NCBI GenBank assembly: GCA_976226885.1
Contig: OZ320315.1
Coordinates: 97,216,001 to 97,280,000 of the forward strand
Reading direction: 5' to 3'
Length of the DNA stretch: 64,000 nucleotides
DNA from: Iphione sp. A-MEVVRFRX5
Lineage: Eukaryota
Part shown: in pieces, positions 12,075 through 25,641 of the stretch
Layout of the letters: every line of letters begins with the position of its first letter
Numbering within the stretch: position 1 is the stretch's first letter
Made by a program: the position numbers and the translations under genes
The notes under the pieces: generated by a model
Told to the model about the DNA's origin: nothing
What the model saw: the letters and a program-made list of their open reading frames with translations, nothing else
Databases searched by the model: none

Positions 12075-14858
12075 AACCAACCTTATATGACAGCTTGTAG
12101 CACCATCCCAAACATGCAAGGTAACTTTTAAAGCCCTTCCAGTCTAAGTGTGTTAGTTCCTTTTTTAAACGTAACCAGACCAGCCTACAACAGTACTCAA
12201 TTGAGTGCTTATACCCCTCTCTTTTGGGCATCATCACAGTTAGGCCCTTTCTTAATGATGCACGAGTAGTCCTATTGGACTCAGGTAACGCAGCGGCGGT
12301 AAACCCAAGTGCTAGCAGTCTTCTATCCCTAGCTTGGAGAAATTGACTATTTCCTCTAGGCTGAACTTGTTGTAGCCTGCAGCAACATTTACTAGCATCC
12401 TACAAACTTTCATAAGTCGGATAAAGGTTTTTGAGTTAGGTGTTGTATGAACAATGATAGCATATTCGGTTATCGGGAGGATGCAGGTTTCTAGTAACTG
12501 TGATGCAACAGAACCAGTCAGTAAGGGGCGAATTTTTCTGAAATAGGTAACCTTAAATCTAAGTTTTTTCAGCATGTACAAATGGGTAGCAGTCATGCTT
12601 AACTTTCTATCTAAGTAAATTCCTAGATATTTATAGACGGATACGACCTCAATGTCCTTCTGTCCAAACTTAATATCCTTTAGTGTAAAACCAGCCTTGT
12701 TTCTGTAGGAAAAGAGTACACATTTTGTTTTTTCATAACTCAATAGTAGCTTTGAGTTTCTGCACCATGACCAAACGTCATCCCCTATATGTCTGACTCG
12801 TTCTTGTGCTTGTTCAAGTGATGATCCCTTAACAATGATTGCTACGTCATCAGCATATAGGGTGCATTCACATTCTTGCAGTTGACTCGGGAGATTGTTT
12901 ATCAGGACCAGGAATAAAAGGGGTCCTAAGATGGACCCCTGTGGGACCCCACATGTGATTGGAGTATTGTCAGATGTTTTCCCATTACAGAAGCAATATT
13001 GCTGTCTACCTGACAGGTAATGTCGTATCCAGTCAAGGCAGTCACCATATAAGCCATACATCTCCAGTCTGGTTAGTAAGGTGTCATGGTCCACCAAGTC
13101 GAATGCTTTTTTGAAGTCAATGAAAATCCCCATAGTTATCAATCCCTCATTTAGTCCCCTGTGTATAGAATTTGTTACTCTAGCAATAGCTGACTCGGTG
13201 GACCGTGACGGGCGGAAGCCATGCTGTTCGTCACAGATGGAATTAGTCCTATTTAGGTGTTCTAGGATCTTTTTGTGTGCAATACGTTCAATGATTTTTG
13301 ATAGTACATTAAGAAGGCTTATTGGTCTGTAATTTACAACTTCCTTCTTGCTTCCTCCTTTATGTATTGGAATAACCTTGGCTAATTTCCCATCTGACGG
13401 CATTATGCATTGCTGAAAACAGGAACATATATACCAATGCCAGGTGTCCAGATTCTGTAGAAGGAAGTCCTTGATAAGGGTTGTGTAAACTTCACCTACG
13501 TGGGATTTATTTCTGATATTTACCAGGGCAACACATTGCTCTAGCTCTTTGATCGTAGGTTGGAGGGTACTTAGGTTTTCTGGACATTTACGATCTCTAC
13601 TTACGTCAGGGTATGGTGACCTTTGGTCAGATATTTCTCTTTTTACACATATACCCACAGTAGAGAAGAATTGATTAAATTCACTTGGACTCTCGTGCGG
13701 TGGTAGGATCTTATCATTAATTTTTAGGACAATTTCGGGGACCGGGGAGCTAAGAAGCCCTAAGCTAGTTTTCAAGTGTCTCAAGTAAGTGTCACAACCC
13801 TCTGAAATAAACTCTCTTTTTGCCTGCCTAATACTTTTGACAGTCTTATTCCTCAATATTTTATAAGCTAACCAGTCCTCCACTAGCCTTGTTCTCCTAG
13901 CTAATTCAAAAGACCTATTTCTAGCATTTATGCTTTTGAGGCAGACCCTGGTCATCCATGGATTTGGCTTACGGCCCACTTTAACAATTTTTTTTGTGTA
14001 ATAGTAGTCAAACAGTGATACCAGCATGCTCTTCACTCTAGTCCAGATTCTGTCTAAGTAAGCATGGTCAGATTTCTCTTCTTCGATGATGATATTTAAT
14101 CCATCACCAGCGTCTTGTTAAAAATTTGGTCCTATGGTTGTCTACTCTCGGTCGTCGACATACAGTAATTTTGGCACGTTTGGCTAACTTGGATTTCAAT
14201 GTACATGTGATCATGCGATGATCACTATATGAACTGTCGTGGACATAGGGTGCATGGACCAGGTCACATGTGTTGGTCAGAATTATATCCAGAATCGTTT
14301 CTGTCCATTGTGTTATCCTGGTAGGAGTGTGTATTGTTTACCACAGATTTCAATGGAAAAATCATCAAAAGCATTTTTATGGACAGAGCATGTGTTTAGC
14401 TGGTCAATATTTAGATCACCAATGATAATATATGGTTTAAGTTTAGTGTCACTACAGTGTACCAGGTCTTTCAGATACCCCAGGGCTTTGCTTACATTTC
14501 CCCGCGGAGGGCGGTAGCACTCTAAGATATGTGAAGAGCTGTTTTGGGCGGTGAACTTTATGCTAAGTATCTCAATGTCATCGTTGTTTATACACATGTT
14601 CTCCATGTATTCAAATGATGAACTAAAGGACACTTTAATATAGATAGCCAATCCACCACCAGTTTTGCGAGTATTAGAAACACGGTCCTGTCGTAATAGG
14701 ACATAACCCCGGATGTGTACAGCCATCTCAGGGATGTGGGGCTGAAGCCAGGTCTCCCCGACTATACACACATCTAGGTCTTTTTCATTAATGTCAAGAC
14801 TGATTTCACTGATGTGCTTATACAAACTCCTTGTATTTATGTATCCTAGATAAGGCAT
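12075..14858 (-). pseudogene. LINE ORF2 (APE-RT); RT part open for 574 aa
   Basis: APE: YINTRSL, VGETWL, GGGLAIY, IIGDLNID. RT: YRPISLL, QHGFRPSRST, DFKKAFD, GVPQGSILGP, YADD, YKYLGIYLD. Confidence 0.93.
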
Positions 14859-15153
14859 AATATCAGTCTACCCATACTCTCTTCCTTCCTATTTTGAAGG
14901 AACCTACTAATGGTAGGGTGACACTTTGAACATAGCCATTGATGAAAGGATGAGATGAGGAAAGAAGAAATAACTATCAAGTGGACAAAATCATGTTTGC
15001 TAAATAGCAAATGATAGTCTTTAAATAATGACAACATGACTTGGATACATGCAGGAGGGTGACATTTTAGTTAAAAGGACCCATCACCAACAGGCATATA
15101 TGATCAAGTTAACTCACACAACAAGCCGCAGAAAAAACAAGTGCTGAGTATCC

Positions 15154-15583
15154 TCAACAATAGTTACAAATGTACTCATTTATCATTTCTGCCATCTTCA
15201 GTTGATATTCACGTTTTAAGTGGCAGCCGTCCTCAAGTCTGTTATACCTGTGTCGATAATGACCCTTATCACAAGTAGTAGCAACGATTAGGTGTGTACC
15301 TGTCACCCATAGGCTTGTTCCGAGTTCAAGAGCTACCTCTAAGGTAACATATCGTGGGCAAAGATACTATGAGTGGATTGTTTCAAGAATTTGTATAACT
15401 TAGTAAAGTCGTTGCCACCTGGGATGATAATTACAAATCCTGGCAAAGTCTTTTGGTTTCTCTTGCGAGCTACTGAAAGTCCCTACCTGGAAAATACGCT
15501 ACCTTCGCCCTGGTACAGCCGAGACGAGAAAGATCAGCAAAAATTGTCCTACCGTGACTGTTTGACACTAGTAAGATGTCCAT
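15154..15583 (-). pseudogene. SGNH hydrolase ORF, internally deleted
   Basis: Manual translation across frameshifts gives MDILLVSNSHGRTI, YFPGRDF, IIPGGNDFTKL and YNRLEDGCHLK. Confidence 0.75.
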
Positions 15584-15779
15584 CTTTAACGTTGGTCTGC
15601 TTTACCGACTTCGTCTCGCACTTGGCTGGCACTGTGAAGACAGGCGTCAGATGGACTTGGGTCACCAGAAGACCTGGTGCAAGCACAGACTGCAGTGGAG
15701 TTGGGTAGCAGGCCCTGGTAGAAACTTGCGGATGCACTCCCGGTGTCCCGAGGGTACAGGAGCAAGTATCACGTATCAG

Positions 15780-15950
15780 TTGACAGGAGATCTAGAGGCT
15801 CGCAGGGTCGGCAATATGTTTCTCCCGATGGTAGGTGAGACAGAAGCACGTATAGGTTGATGGAAGGTATGGCTCTCCAGGGCATCAATATGTTTCCCCA
15901 AGCTCATCAGGCCGAGCACGTAGGAGGAATGACCTCGCCCTAGGAGGAAG
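15780..15950. repeat. Degenerate ~70-75 bp tandem repeat upstream of the hydrolase ORF
   Basis: CAATATGTTT(C)TCCC occurs at about 15812 and 15886, and (G)CACGTA recurs about three times at similar spacing. Confidence 0.5.
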
Positions 15951-16256
15951 ATATCAGTAGATGTTAAAGCAGCTTATCGTACTGAGGTAACTCGATCACA
16001 CAATGCACAGGTAAGGCCCCCAGGCGAGTCCAACCTAAGTGGCTGCAAGCTTAGTTGTGAGACCATTTTGGTTGACATCTTCACCACTCACCTCAATAAT
16101 TTTCTTCAGGGCTGTACCACCTAGATTACCAGAGTCTGTTTGAATTGTCTTTCAGGCTATTACTACTTTGAAGTGACAGCATACCTGTATCAATTATCAC
16201 TGGTGTAGCCCTAGGTGGGAGAGGATATATGCCAGCATTCTGTTCTTCAGTAATGG

Positions 16257-18494
16257 TTGAAAGTGGTATCGACATCAGCATGGCATGGTGGGCGACCTTG
16301 TCGCCATTCCATGAGTCGATTGTTTTCCTTTTGTCAATTTCTCATGCGCCCCACCCGTAAACACGTCTACTCACGTGCAGCCATCACATATATATATATA
16401 TATATATATTCTCTGCATGATGCCCGGTGTGTTGATGATCCTCCTGCAAAATGTGCACCCACCTCTGACTACGGATGAGCTAGTGGTTTAGCACCCCTGT
16501 TAGGTGCTGTAGCTGTAGCTGTTTTGTGGTGGCCCTGGGGCGCCCCGTAAAGAACTTTAGGTCCCTGTGGAGGGCGTCGAGTTTGTGTTGAGGGAGGCGG
16601 AGACACATATCGATCGTATCAATTTCAATGCCCAGATAGATGCAGCGATTGGAGGGGGATAACAATTTCCCCCAGCTGATGAAAAAAACCTAGGCAGCGA
16701 AACACATTGATGGCCATGTGTTGATGTTGGAGGCTTTCACTGTACGTAGGGCCCACAATGAGGAAATCGTCCAGGTAATTTGCACTTGATGTCCAAGCAA
16801 CATAGGCATTGACCCAAGAAGCAGCTCACTCGGTGGAACAGGTATGGGGCCATTTTGGCATCGAAGCATAGACAGTTGTCACGTTGGAAGTATTCTTGAC
16901 CCCCGAAGTGCCATCTGAGGCTTTGTACTTCCCTGTCACTTGGGGGGATACAAATGGAGCGATATGCAGCTTTGATGTCAATGCAGCACGCGAAATGCCC
17001 CGGGCCAATGAGAGGAGCCACATCGTCGATCCTGGAGAAGGAAAAGGGTTCGCCACAAGTGTCCATGTAGTTGTTGATGGATATGCCCTTCCGCCTGCTG
17101 CAATCGGTGATGCCCCATCCTTTCTGGGGACCGCCTCCAGGGCGTGGATGTTCCGCGGATTGGTATTCAGAATGGAAAGTTTGTCTTGGATTTCCTCCTG
17201 AAGGGGTTTGGAGAGGAGCGTAGCATTGTTGTTTTAACACGACTCGTAGTTGTTTACCTCATAGCTTGAAATATTGGATCCCGGATCAAGGATCCGGAAG
17301 CCATAACAGACCCCGTCCAGGAGGTAATGCATATCGGGGTCCTTGTTGGCCTGCAGTTCATGAAGCCAGGTGTGTGGAACCATCTGTGAGCGGATGCCCC
17401 CCCACATAATGAGATCCGGGGAGCCAGGCCCCCTGAAGGCTTGGGTCTGTCAGGATGTGTCGACATTTGGAGAGGAGACAACACTAGTGTAACCCCTGGA
17501 TCTCATAGTAAAGCTGGTATCCTCCATTAGCGAGTGTGCCCCTTGTCCTCCTCCTCCTTGAAGGGCAATCGATCACCTTGTGTTTGCGGCAGGAAGAACA
17601 GATGTGGAGGCGGTGGCAGTTAGTGATAAACACTCACGTTTGGTGTACTGCCAACACAAGTCGACAGGGAAGAAGTCCCATTCCCTGTTGCCCTGATGCC
17701 CCTCCCTTGGTCTGCTTACATGGAAATCAACTGCTAGGAAGTATGCTGTACTGTCTGTATCAGCCACTATCCAATCATTGAGTTTGCCCGTTGAGTACTT
17801 TTGTTGTTACTGCATGTTCATAACAAGCTAGGCCTTCTGGCAAATATCCCTTTTTAGATCCTTTGAATGTGACAAATCTCAGGTGGTTAAGGTAACCATG
17901 AAAAGGTAGGGATCATTTTACAATATAAACAAGCACACTTAACATTCCATATTATAAGAGCTTGGCCAGTTGAAGCTTGTCGTGCGAGACATCTCCGGGA
18001 ACGTGTAAAACGGCTTGCATTCTTCTTTTTCCCGTTGTTGTGGGCTTCGATGTCGATAGATGAATTATCCTCCAGGAAGGGAGAAGTCCGGGAATTTGAA
18101 ACCTGGCTCAGAGAGGGTGGTTTGTTGATAGTTCTCTAGAACCAGTTGCCGATCGTATGGCTGATCTTGCTTGGACCAGCTCCTGCAGCCTTTTCCATAA
18201 ACGCTGTTCCTCTGTTTCTTGTTTAGCTGCCAATTTCGATTCCTACTCTGCAATCCGTTTTTGTAACCAAGACAAGCATTCCACTGAGCCTGGGGCCAGT
18301 TCCGAGCTGTCTGGGACTTCCTTGGGTTTGTCGGGAAAGAGATTGGAATCTACAATACTATCCCTTAAACCCATGCCTAGGCCTTCCCCAAGGAGCCCAT
18401 GATTTGAATTTGGTGAGGTGGTGTCTACATTTTTGTACCTGTAGGGGGTAAATGGCATTCCCCACATGCACTGCAGTTTACACTCATCACTCAA
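16257..18494 (-). mobile_element. DIRS-order retrotransposon fragment (gag, RT, start of RNase H)
   Basis: WLHELQANKDPDMHYLLDGVCYGFRI, IDIKAAYRSICIPPSD, NYLDDFLIVG and CIYLGIEIDTIDMCLRLPQHKL. Confidence 0.85.
16387..16409. repeat. (AT)n microsatellite
   Basis: Direct reading. Confidence 0.9.
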
Positions 18495-18544
18495 AAATTC
18501 AAACGAGTGAAGAGCAGTTGAGATACAGCACGTAAACAGTAGAG

Positions 18545-19075
18545 TTGCCCTCTACTGTTTACTTGTCAGGGAGGTGTCCGCGGCGATCGTCTTGCCGGGG
18601 ACATCCTGAGGGAAGAACGATAGTCTGTTATGAGCGGCAGAGAAATCCATTAGCCACTTTAGGTCGACTCTGAAGGCGTCACCAAAACATCCGGCAGGCC
18701 TGGGGCTCTGAGTCTGTCAATTCGCCAACTGTGGACTGGACCTGGCTCTTGGAGAGACTGGTCTTGGTTGCTGCGTTGGCTTGGGGGAGGGGAGGGTGAC
18801 GTCCACAGTGTCGACCGAGATGCCTAGCCAGGTGACGTTGGTGTGCGGGCCTTGAAGCTTCTTTTCCGCAACAGTCAGGCCGAGTGCTGGCAGGGGGTTG
18901 ATAGTGGTATCCCTGGGTATCGGCGCTTGTTGTTTCGTATCGGCTGCGAGAATGAGGTGGTTTAAGTACATCAGGCACCGCATACCTTGGGCATGTAGTT
19001 GTCGAAAGATGAACGCAGCAGCTTTTCGCATTGCTGCCGCACTCAGGCGCGCCCCGAATGGTAATGCAGTGTCAA
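18545..19075 (-). mobile_element. Second DIRS-order RT/RNase H fragment
   Basis: DTALPFGARLSAAAMRKAA, MYLNHL (decayed YLDD), WLGISVDTVDVTL, VDLKWL and IAADTSL. Confidence 0.8.
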
Positions 19076-19119
19076 TTTAGCATTACTCTTAACAGTCGCC
19101 CTACTGATGGTATGTGGTG

Positions 19120-21170
19120 TTTTTTTGAAATTTTGAAATTTTGAAATTTGTTTATTCAACATCTCCATTACATGGTACAGAGTTATCAGTGTTGAAAGCG
19201 TCCGAGGCAACATACTATAAATGAAGGAACAGGGACACATGGAAGAAAAACATACAGACACAGAAGATGAACATTACAGACAGTAAGAATGTGTAGTCTG
19301 ATAAAGATTATCACAGAGGTAGGTATCACTTAGCATCGCACCTAACATCAGTCCCAGGCGGTGGGACAGCTGATAGAAATCAGCCTCTGATCACACACTC
19401 ATCAAAGAACGCGCCTTGTTTAACCAGCTTGGAGCAACATTCGTTCCATTTTTCAATCATAGTCTTTATGCAGTGAGCCTGGCTCCATGATCATTAGGGC
19501 AACATGGCCCCCAATCGCCTTGGCAGTTAACATGACAACAATACTCTATACAGTGTTGATGATGTCATTTAGCATTAGTGCCCTACTGATAACTAGTCAT
19601 ACATGACCTGTGCAACAGGTCATCATACGGGCACCGCAAAGCATGCTGTGAGGAGCTGATACTCCAGGACAGCAGTACAAGTGACTTGTCCTCGCTAGAT
19701 TGCCACTGGATTGGTTCTCAGCCAGTCTTGTAGCTTGATGGCTCCATCCTTGACCATCTTGGGCAAGCCGTTCCACGCGACCACTCCAGCATACCTGATC
19801 GAGTTGGCAAACCTTGTGGTTTTTGGCCTGGGCACCTGTATACTCACAGTGGTGGTACTGCGTGTTCTACTCTTCTTAACTGTAGGCAGCAACCCCAATC
19901 TCACTTGTGAGTGGACTGCCCGCAGTCCTCGCACATGCACTAGGTGAGTCAGACGTGGGATGTTATGTTTCCTAGCAAGATGCACCGCTGACTCAAATGT
20001 GTTCAGGTGCACTTGTAGTTCCACTTTTTGAGATGCAGATGCTCCGTACCATAGCACCGCGCCGTAGTGGAAGTGTGTCAGGACAAGCGATTTGAAAAGT
20101 GTTCTTCGTGCTGACACAGGAAGAAATGCCTTTGTTCGAGCGATCCTCAGAGCGACACTCCAAGTGCGCCTCTTGACGTCGTTCACACTCCCACGCATGT
20201 TCATATTCCCGTCAATGGTGTAGCCCAGGATCTTTACCGATTTCTGATGTGCCAGCTTTGCTCCCCCCAGTGTTAGATCCAGCAGGACATTGTACGCCCT
20301 CCCTACAGTGCAGTATGAGCATTTCGAGTGACTTAATACAAGCCCCTCCTCATCACACCAGTTGGAAACTGAGACTAGCGTTCTGTGTGCCAGTCCACGT
20401 AGTCTTAACAGATCGTTTTCCCAGACGATTGCTGTCAAATCGTCCGCATAGAGCACAGGTTGACAGCCCTTTGGGAGTATGTCAACCAGGGTGTTCACCA
20501 CAAGGTTAAAGGCGAAAGGGCCGATGATAGAACCTTGTGGGACACCCTGTTTAAGGCTGAGTGGTGTTGAGTCTGTCCCGTGGCATCTCACGAACTGGGT
20601 TCTGTTCTCCAGATATGACCGCATGACTCGCCGCACTCCCGGGCCAGCTCCCATGGCCTGCAGTCTTTCCAGCACCGTAGCGTGTGGCACTAGATCGAAG
20701 GCTTTCTTCAGATCGAAGAGGAGTAGAGCACAGTATTTACCAGCATTCTGAGCCTCCATGATGGTATTGATGATTTGGGTAATAGCTGTCTCCGTCTCCC
20801 TCTCCGACCTGAAGCCATGTTGTGCCGCTGTTAGATGTCCACGATTCTCCATCGACAACTGCGTGGTGAACCACTTCTCCCAGATTTTCCCTTGGGCCGG
20901 TAAGATGGAGACCGGTCTGTAGTTGCCTAGTTCAGTCAGCGATCCCTTCTTGTGTACAGGGCAGACACGGGCTCTCTTCCATGAATCCGGATAGATGCCT
21001 GTTTTGTAGATTTGCCTAAATATCCATGCTAGATAATCAGGGCAATACCTCAACAGCGGCTTTAAAATCCGCGTGGGTATTCCTTCCAGGCCAGACGATT
21101 TTCTTATGTCAATCCGGTGGACTAGCTTCTTCGGGGGTGGGCGTTCGGGCGCCGGTAGTGGTTACAGACC
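19120..21170 (-). mobile_element. 5'-truncated LINE with an open RT and a (TTTCAAAA)n tail
   Basis: 452-aa ORF 19695..21053; AATAAA plus (TTTCAAAA)x3 at 19121-19156. Linking this tail to this RT is inference. Confidence 0.82.
19695..21053 (-). CDS. LINE reverse transcriptase domain and C-terminus (uninterrupted, 5'-truncated)
   Basis: YRPVSILP, QHGFRSERET, DLKKAFD, GVPQGSIIGP, YADD, VKILGYTID. Confidence 0.9.
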   Translation of the reverse strand: MRYCPDYLAWIFRQIYKTGIYPDSWKRARVCPVHKKGSLTELGNYRPVSILPAQGKIWEKWFTTQLSMENRGHLTAAQHGFRSERETETAITQIINTIMEAQNAGKYCALLLFDLKKAFDLVPHATVLERLQAMGAGPGVRRVMRSYLENRTQFVRCHGTDSTPLSLKQGVPQGSIIGPFAFNLVVNTLVDILPKGCQPVLYADDLTAIVWENDLLRLRGLAHRTLVSVSNWCDEEGLVLSHSKCSYCTVGRAYNVLLDLTLGGAKLAHQKSVKILGYTIDGNMNMRGSVNDVKRRTWSVALRIARTKAFLPVSARRTLFKSLVLTHFHYGAVLWYGASASQKVELQVHLNTFESAVHLARKHNIPRLTHLVHVRGLRAVHSQVRLGLLPTVKKSRTRSTTTVSIQVPRPKTTRFANSIRYAGVVAWNGLPKMVKDGAIKLQDWLRTNPVAI

Positions 21171-21475
21171 CTACTGGGTCACCACAGGCAGCTACAGAAA
21201 TCATGGAGACAACAGAAGCAGAACTGAAGGGGCATTCTACCCCCTCTGTACTGTTCTGTTTAGTCTTTTTAGCAGATCTCCCAGAGGAAGATCTCTTGCC
21301 TCTCTTTTGCTGCCTGGGCTGCTCCACTGGCATGCCCATGATAGAGGAGGCCAAGTCCATGATATCACAACCATGTTAAGTATTTAATGACACTGGTTTG
21401 GGCAATATCATCTTTATTTACAAAATATTGTCATGTAGACTAGAAGATAAAACATGCCAAGGCCCAAACCGAGTG

Positions 21476-22675
21476 TTATGTGTTGGATAAGTTTGTAACT
21501 AGATGAGATGCGACCAGCTGGTTATCACAGTGCGCTAGATAATTATTCACCGTCTGCGACCTCCACCCTCCGAATCTTTGAATTTGGATATATGAACACC
21601 CTTGTTGCAGCGCGTGTGTTGCCGCAGACCGGCGTAAACTGTGTAATGTAACATTTTGATAATACGGGCCTAACGCCTGAAGAAACTCTCAAAATTGTTG
21701 GGTCAGCCAGGCCGTAGTGATGACCCGGCCTGACCCTGGATGTAACAAGAGGGGCTGACTAGCTTTCAGCGTGGGTACCTGGGACAACATTTCGTGATAT
21801 GTACGTACAAGACACAACGATGGATCATCGGCCCTGTGGAACGTTAGGTACCTAGATTGATGATATTGTTGAAGATTCTTGGCCCATTTTTGGCGCCATA
21901 ACATTACGTATGGATGTATCGGCCCTGTTAGGATGTCGGGCTGGGTCGAATGCATATGATGACCCTGGAGCCAACTCAGATTGGCGCATGCCACCATAGT
22001 ACATAGCCAAAATGGCAAACCGAAACACAGCAGATGATGGCTTGTATAATGGCCTTGATGTCAGCTGGATGCAACGGAGGACGCTGACAGGGTCGATGTG
22101 GCTTGGTATGATGGACAGCATCTGTAGCAAGCATGAAACACCAATGGCCATAGGATCAATCATGTACCACTTGCAAAACGCCAGGTAGAGAGCAGCAGCA
22201 GAACGTCTGTTAGCATACGTGCCCGGGGCGCGCGCCTGGCCAATCAGGTGCTGGGCACCGATGATAAGAGAGTGCAGTGACGGATCTAGAAGGCGAGTGA
22301 GTTCATGTACGAAGAAACAATTGGACGGACTTGGAGCAGGCCGAGGCGGCGAACATCCTCTCGGACCTTGCAGGCATAGGAAGGAGCCATGCCAATTCTA
22401 GGTGGGGGGGCATACGCAACGTGCATGTCAGTGTCTGGCACGTGAGTGTAGAGTAGCTTGACCTGGGTTCGAGCCTGATGATACCATATGCGTCTCGCAG
22501 CAGCCAGAATGCTGGAATCGTGGCCTCATCCAGTGCCGAAGACTGCGATCGTAGCTGCGTTGCCACAATGGATGTGGATGGTGTGTCAAGCATCAGCTGG
22601 ACAAATGTACAAATGGCAGTGGCAACATTATGGGCTTCCAACACTGAGATATGCATGGAGGTGCCATTTGGCGGT
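21476..22675 (-). mobile_element. DIRS-order fragment: RNase H end plus tyrosine recombinase
   Basis: RNase H HISVLEAHNVATA. YR motifs GMRQSELAP...FDPARHPNRAD and WAKNLQ, plus manually translated YSLRRSAATHALQQGCSYIQIQRFGGWRSQTVNNYL. Confidence 0.9.
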
Positions 22676-22849
22676 ATTTCATTTTTAACATTTTAACATT
22701 TTTATTGAGCATAGGTATCACATATACAATATGTGGTTTTTCAATCCAATACTCAGCCCATTTACATAATATCTTTATTATATGGCTGAAACAACTCAAA
22801 AGACACAACTTCTTAGATATCTTTTGACAGACAATCTAGGCAAATCCTT

Positions 22850-25503
22850 AACATTAGATGGAAGATCATTCCAAGATTTCTGTAGTTGTACCAGGCAGCT
22901 TTTCCTATACATCTGTTTTTGGTTTAGAAACCAATATCTGTACACCTGATCCCACTCTTGTTGATGTAGCTTTCTTCACCTGGCAAAGATTTAAACAGTA
23001 TAGATCATTCATTAGCATTGTTCCAAGATATTTCATTCTATATGCTAAAAGACCTTATCTGTTATGCTTTAGCCACTCTTCAACCTCTCTTGTACTAGAG
23101 TATCGATATGGAACACACCGACGTATCGATCTATACCAAGCCTTAATTAGCCTGTTTAGATCTTGTTGTGTTGCAGAAAATAAAAAGTAAATCCCAAAAT
23201 CTATATGCAGTTGTACAAAAGAAATGAAAAATCTCTTCCTATATTCTGGGCTTAGATATTGACGACATCTTGATAATAAATAACTTACTCAATTTATTGA
23301 TTTTATTTTCTGATCTACAAAAAACTTAAAATTTAACCTGTTATCAATATGATACCCTAAAAATTTAACATTTTCCACCTGATGTAAAATCTTCCCATTT
23401 ATTGTAACATCTAACTGGAAACCTCTCGCCTTCCCAAAACACATCACATTTGTTTTGGTGGTATTAATTGACAGACCATTATTGTAACACCAGTTTCCCA
23501 ATATACCCAGCATGTATTGCAATTTCTGCCTTAGGCCCCAGGCACTTACTGCACTTGCAACAATGGTGATGTCGTCGGCATATACAATCAGCTCACACGG
23601 ATGACTCATTTCAAAAATGTCGTTTAACGCAATTATAAACAATATTGGCCCCAGCACGGAGCCTTGGGGGACACCAGTTGATATAAGCAATTTATTTGAA
23701 GTAGAATTGTTACACCTTACCTGTTGTACTCTATTTGTTAAGCATGAAGAGAACCAGGAACAGATATTGGCTTCAGGAACAGATATTTTTTCCAAAGCCA
23801 TATTTCCACAGTTTACTTACTATCAGCTCGTGATTTAACATGTGATTTGGACATGTCGAGATATGTAGCAGCTACATATCTACCATCGTTAATCCCTTCC
23901 AACAATTTATTTAATATATAAGTCATATAAGCTGTCCCAGTACCCCTTCCCTTCCTGACACCGAACTGATTTTTATGAAATAGATTATTTCCCTCCATAT
24001 GATCCATTACTTGCACAGCTACTACTCTTTCCAATATCTTTTATGGAGCTTGAAGAATAGAAATGGGCCTATAATTCACAGGACTTATCTTACTTTGCTT
24101 CTTGTGTAATGGTGTTATTTTTTATTCCTTCCAAGCCGTAGGGATGACACTATCCCGTAACGAAATAAAGACTAATTTTCAAAGCATCTTTCAACATTTG
24201 CATTGATATACCCTGCAGCCCTGATGGTTTTGTCACCTTTAGTGCACAGATCAATTTATAGATTTGTGTATAACCCTGTGCCCCTTCATATGATTTAGGG
24301 CACATTTCTTTGCTAATGTCCCTAACACTTTCCACAAAGAATTTATTTAACTCATCACAGACCATATCTCCTTCAACTAATTGATTCCCAAATTTTAATC
24401 TTAGATCAATATGCTGATCTTTCATCTTACCAAATGCTGTTCGATTTATCAGGTCCCACATCTTGTTACTATTATCCTCACAATTTATAAACTGATTTCT
24501 GATGTAATCTCGATTCGACTCCTTAATCAGTTTATTTACTTCATTTTGGTAATAGCAGTACATTCGTTTATAATCTATTATTTTCGATTTGAGCCACCTT
24601 TTCCTATAATAATCCCTTTCACGTATATATAGTAAAGCTTTGTGTTTAAGACTAGGTAGTGATTTCGATCTAGCCAGTTTAATGACCATTGGGCAGAGAT
24701 TGTCCAAAACTTCTGTTACATTGGATGTCCATCGTAGCCACATATCATCAACTGTCGGCTCAAACTCAAAATTCCAGTTACAATTTTCTAATGAATCCCT
24801 AAACCTACCAAAACTGTAGTTTTTTGTATTTCTGGCAATGTTTGTAATCGACGTAAACAACTAAGTGGTCACTACTTCCATATGTCCATACTCCACATTT
24901 ACGATAATTCGTACTAGACACATATATATGATCAAGGCATCCTAAGCTATCATGAGTGCTTTTATCTATCAATTGTTTCAAACTCAGATCTAATGCAAAT
25001 TCAGTGCACTCCCTCTTCATCATGTTGTCTAAGCCAATTGACATTAAAATCACCCAAATTTTTAATTGTCTCCTCCCATACCTATTTACCCTTTTTATTG
25101 AAATATTTATTTTTTCCAATAGCTCGCTTAAGTTCCCTCCCGGTGGCCTATATACTAAATATATCAAATGATATTTTCGTTTCCCAGGTTTTATTTTAAC
25201 ACATAAAACTTCACCACATTTCTCCATATGGCACTCCTCATCTAGAACTTCAACATGATAGTCCTTCCGTATGTAGAGCATAACCCCCCCTCCCCGTTTT
25301 TTACCCACTCTATCCCTGTCTCTATCCAATCGTACCACCTTGTACTCAGGTATTAATACCATACTGTCTGGGAATATTGGATTTAACCAAGTTTCATTTA
25401 TTCCTAAAATATCAATATTATGTATCCTTAATAATTGTGTTATTTCAGAGAGTTTGCCCAGAACACTCCTACAGTTCCAGGCAGCAACCCGAAGCACAGT
25501 CAT
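22850..25503 (-). pseudogene. LINE ORF2 (APE-RT) with multiple frameshifts and stops
   Basis: MTVLRVAAWNCRSVLGK, GINETWL, GCLDHIY...SSDHL, QFGVRKGRGT, GVPQGSVLGP, YADD, VKFLGYHID. Confidence 0.92.
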
Positions 25504-25641
25504 TATATGTATAATAACTGAAATGTTGGCAATCACCTAACCTGAGAGAACAACATAAAATAAAAATATCTGTAATTCCATAAACTCAAACAGCTTAATA
25601 TATGTAAAAGAAGAAATAATTTTAAATTGACATTACCAGTC

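Larger units (their letters stand above)
11500..16200 (-). mobile_element. LINE with hydrolase ORF, APE-RT and a hairpin-bearing putative 3' UTR
   Basis: Hydrolase 15583-15154, APE 14858-14313, RT 14036 to about 12075. A possible NADAR tail remnant (SGNLGGTALKKIIEV) lies at about 16090-16150. No 3' tail recognised. Confidence 0.75.

Noticed and set aside
12312-14036. Prokaryotic RT systems (group II intron, retron, DGR)
   Set aside because: The RTs are preceded by APE endonuclease, carry non-LTR signatures (QxGFR, GVPQGS, YADD) and end in poly(A) or microsatellite tails.
21109-21360. Basic, Ser-rich ORF as the ORF1 or gag N-terminus
   Set aside because: Low complexity with no diagnostic motif; it cannot be assigned.
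21476-22300. Phage or integron integrase
   Set aside because: The YR directly follows DIRS-type RT/RNase H, so it is the retrotransposon recombinase.
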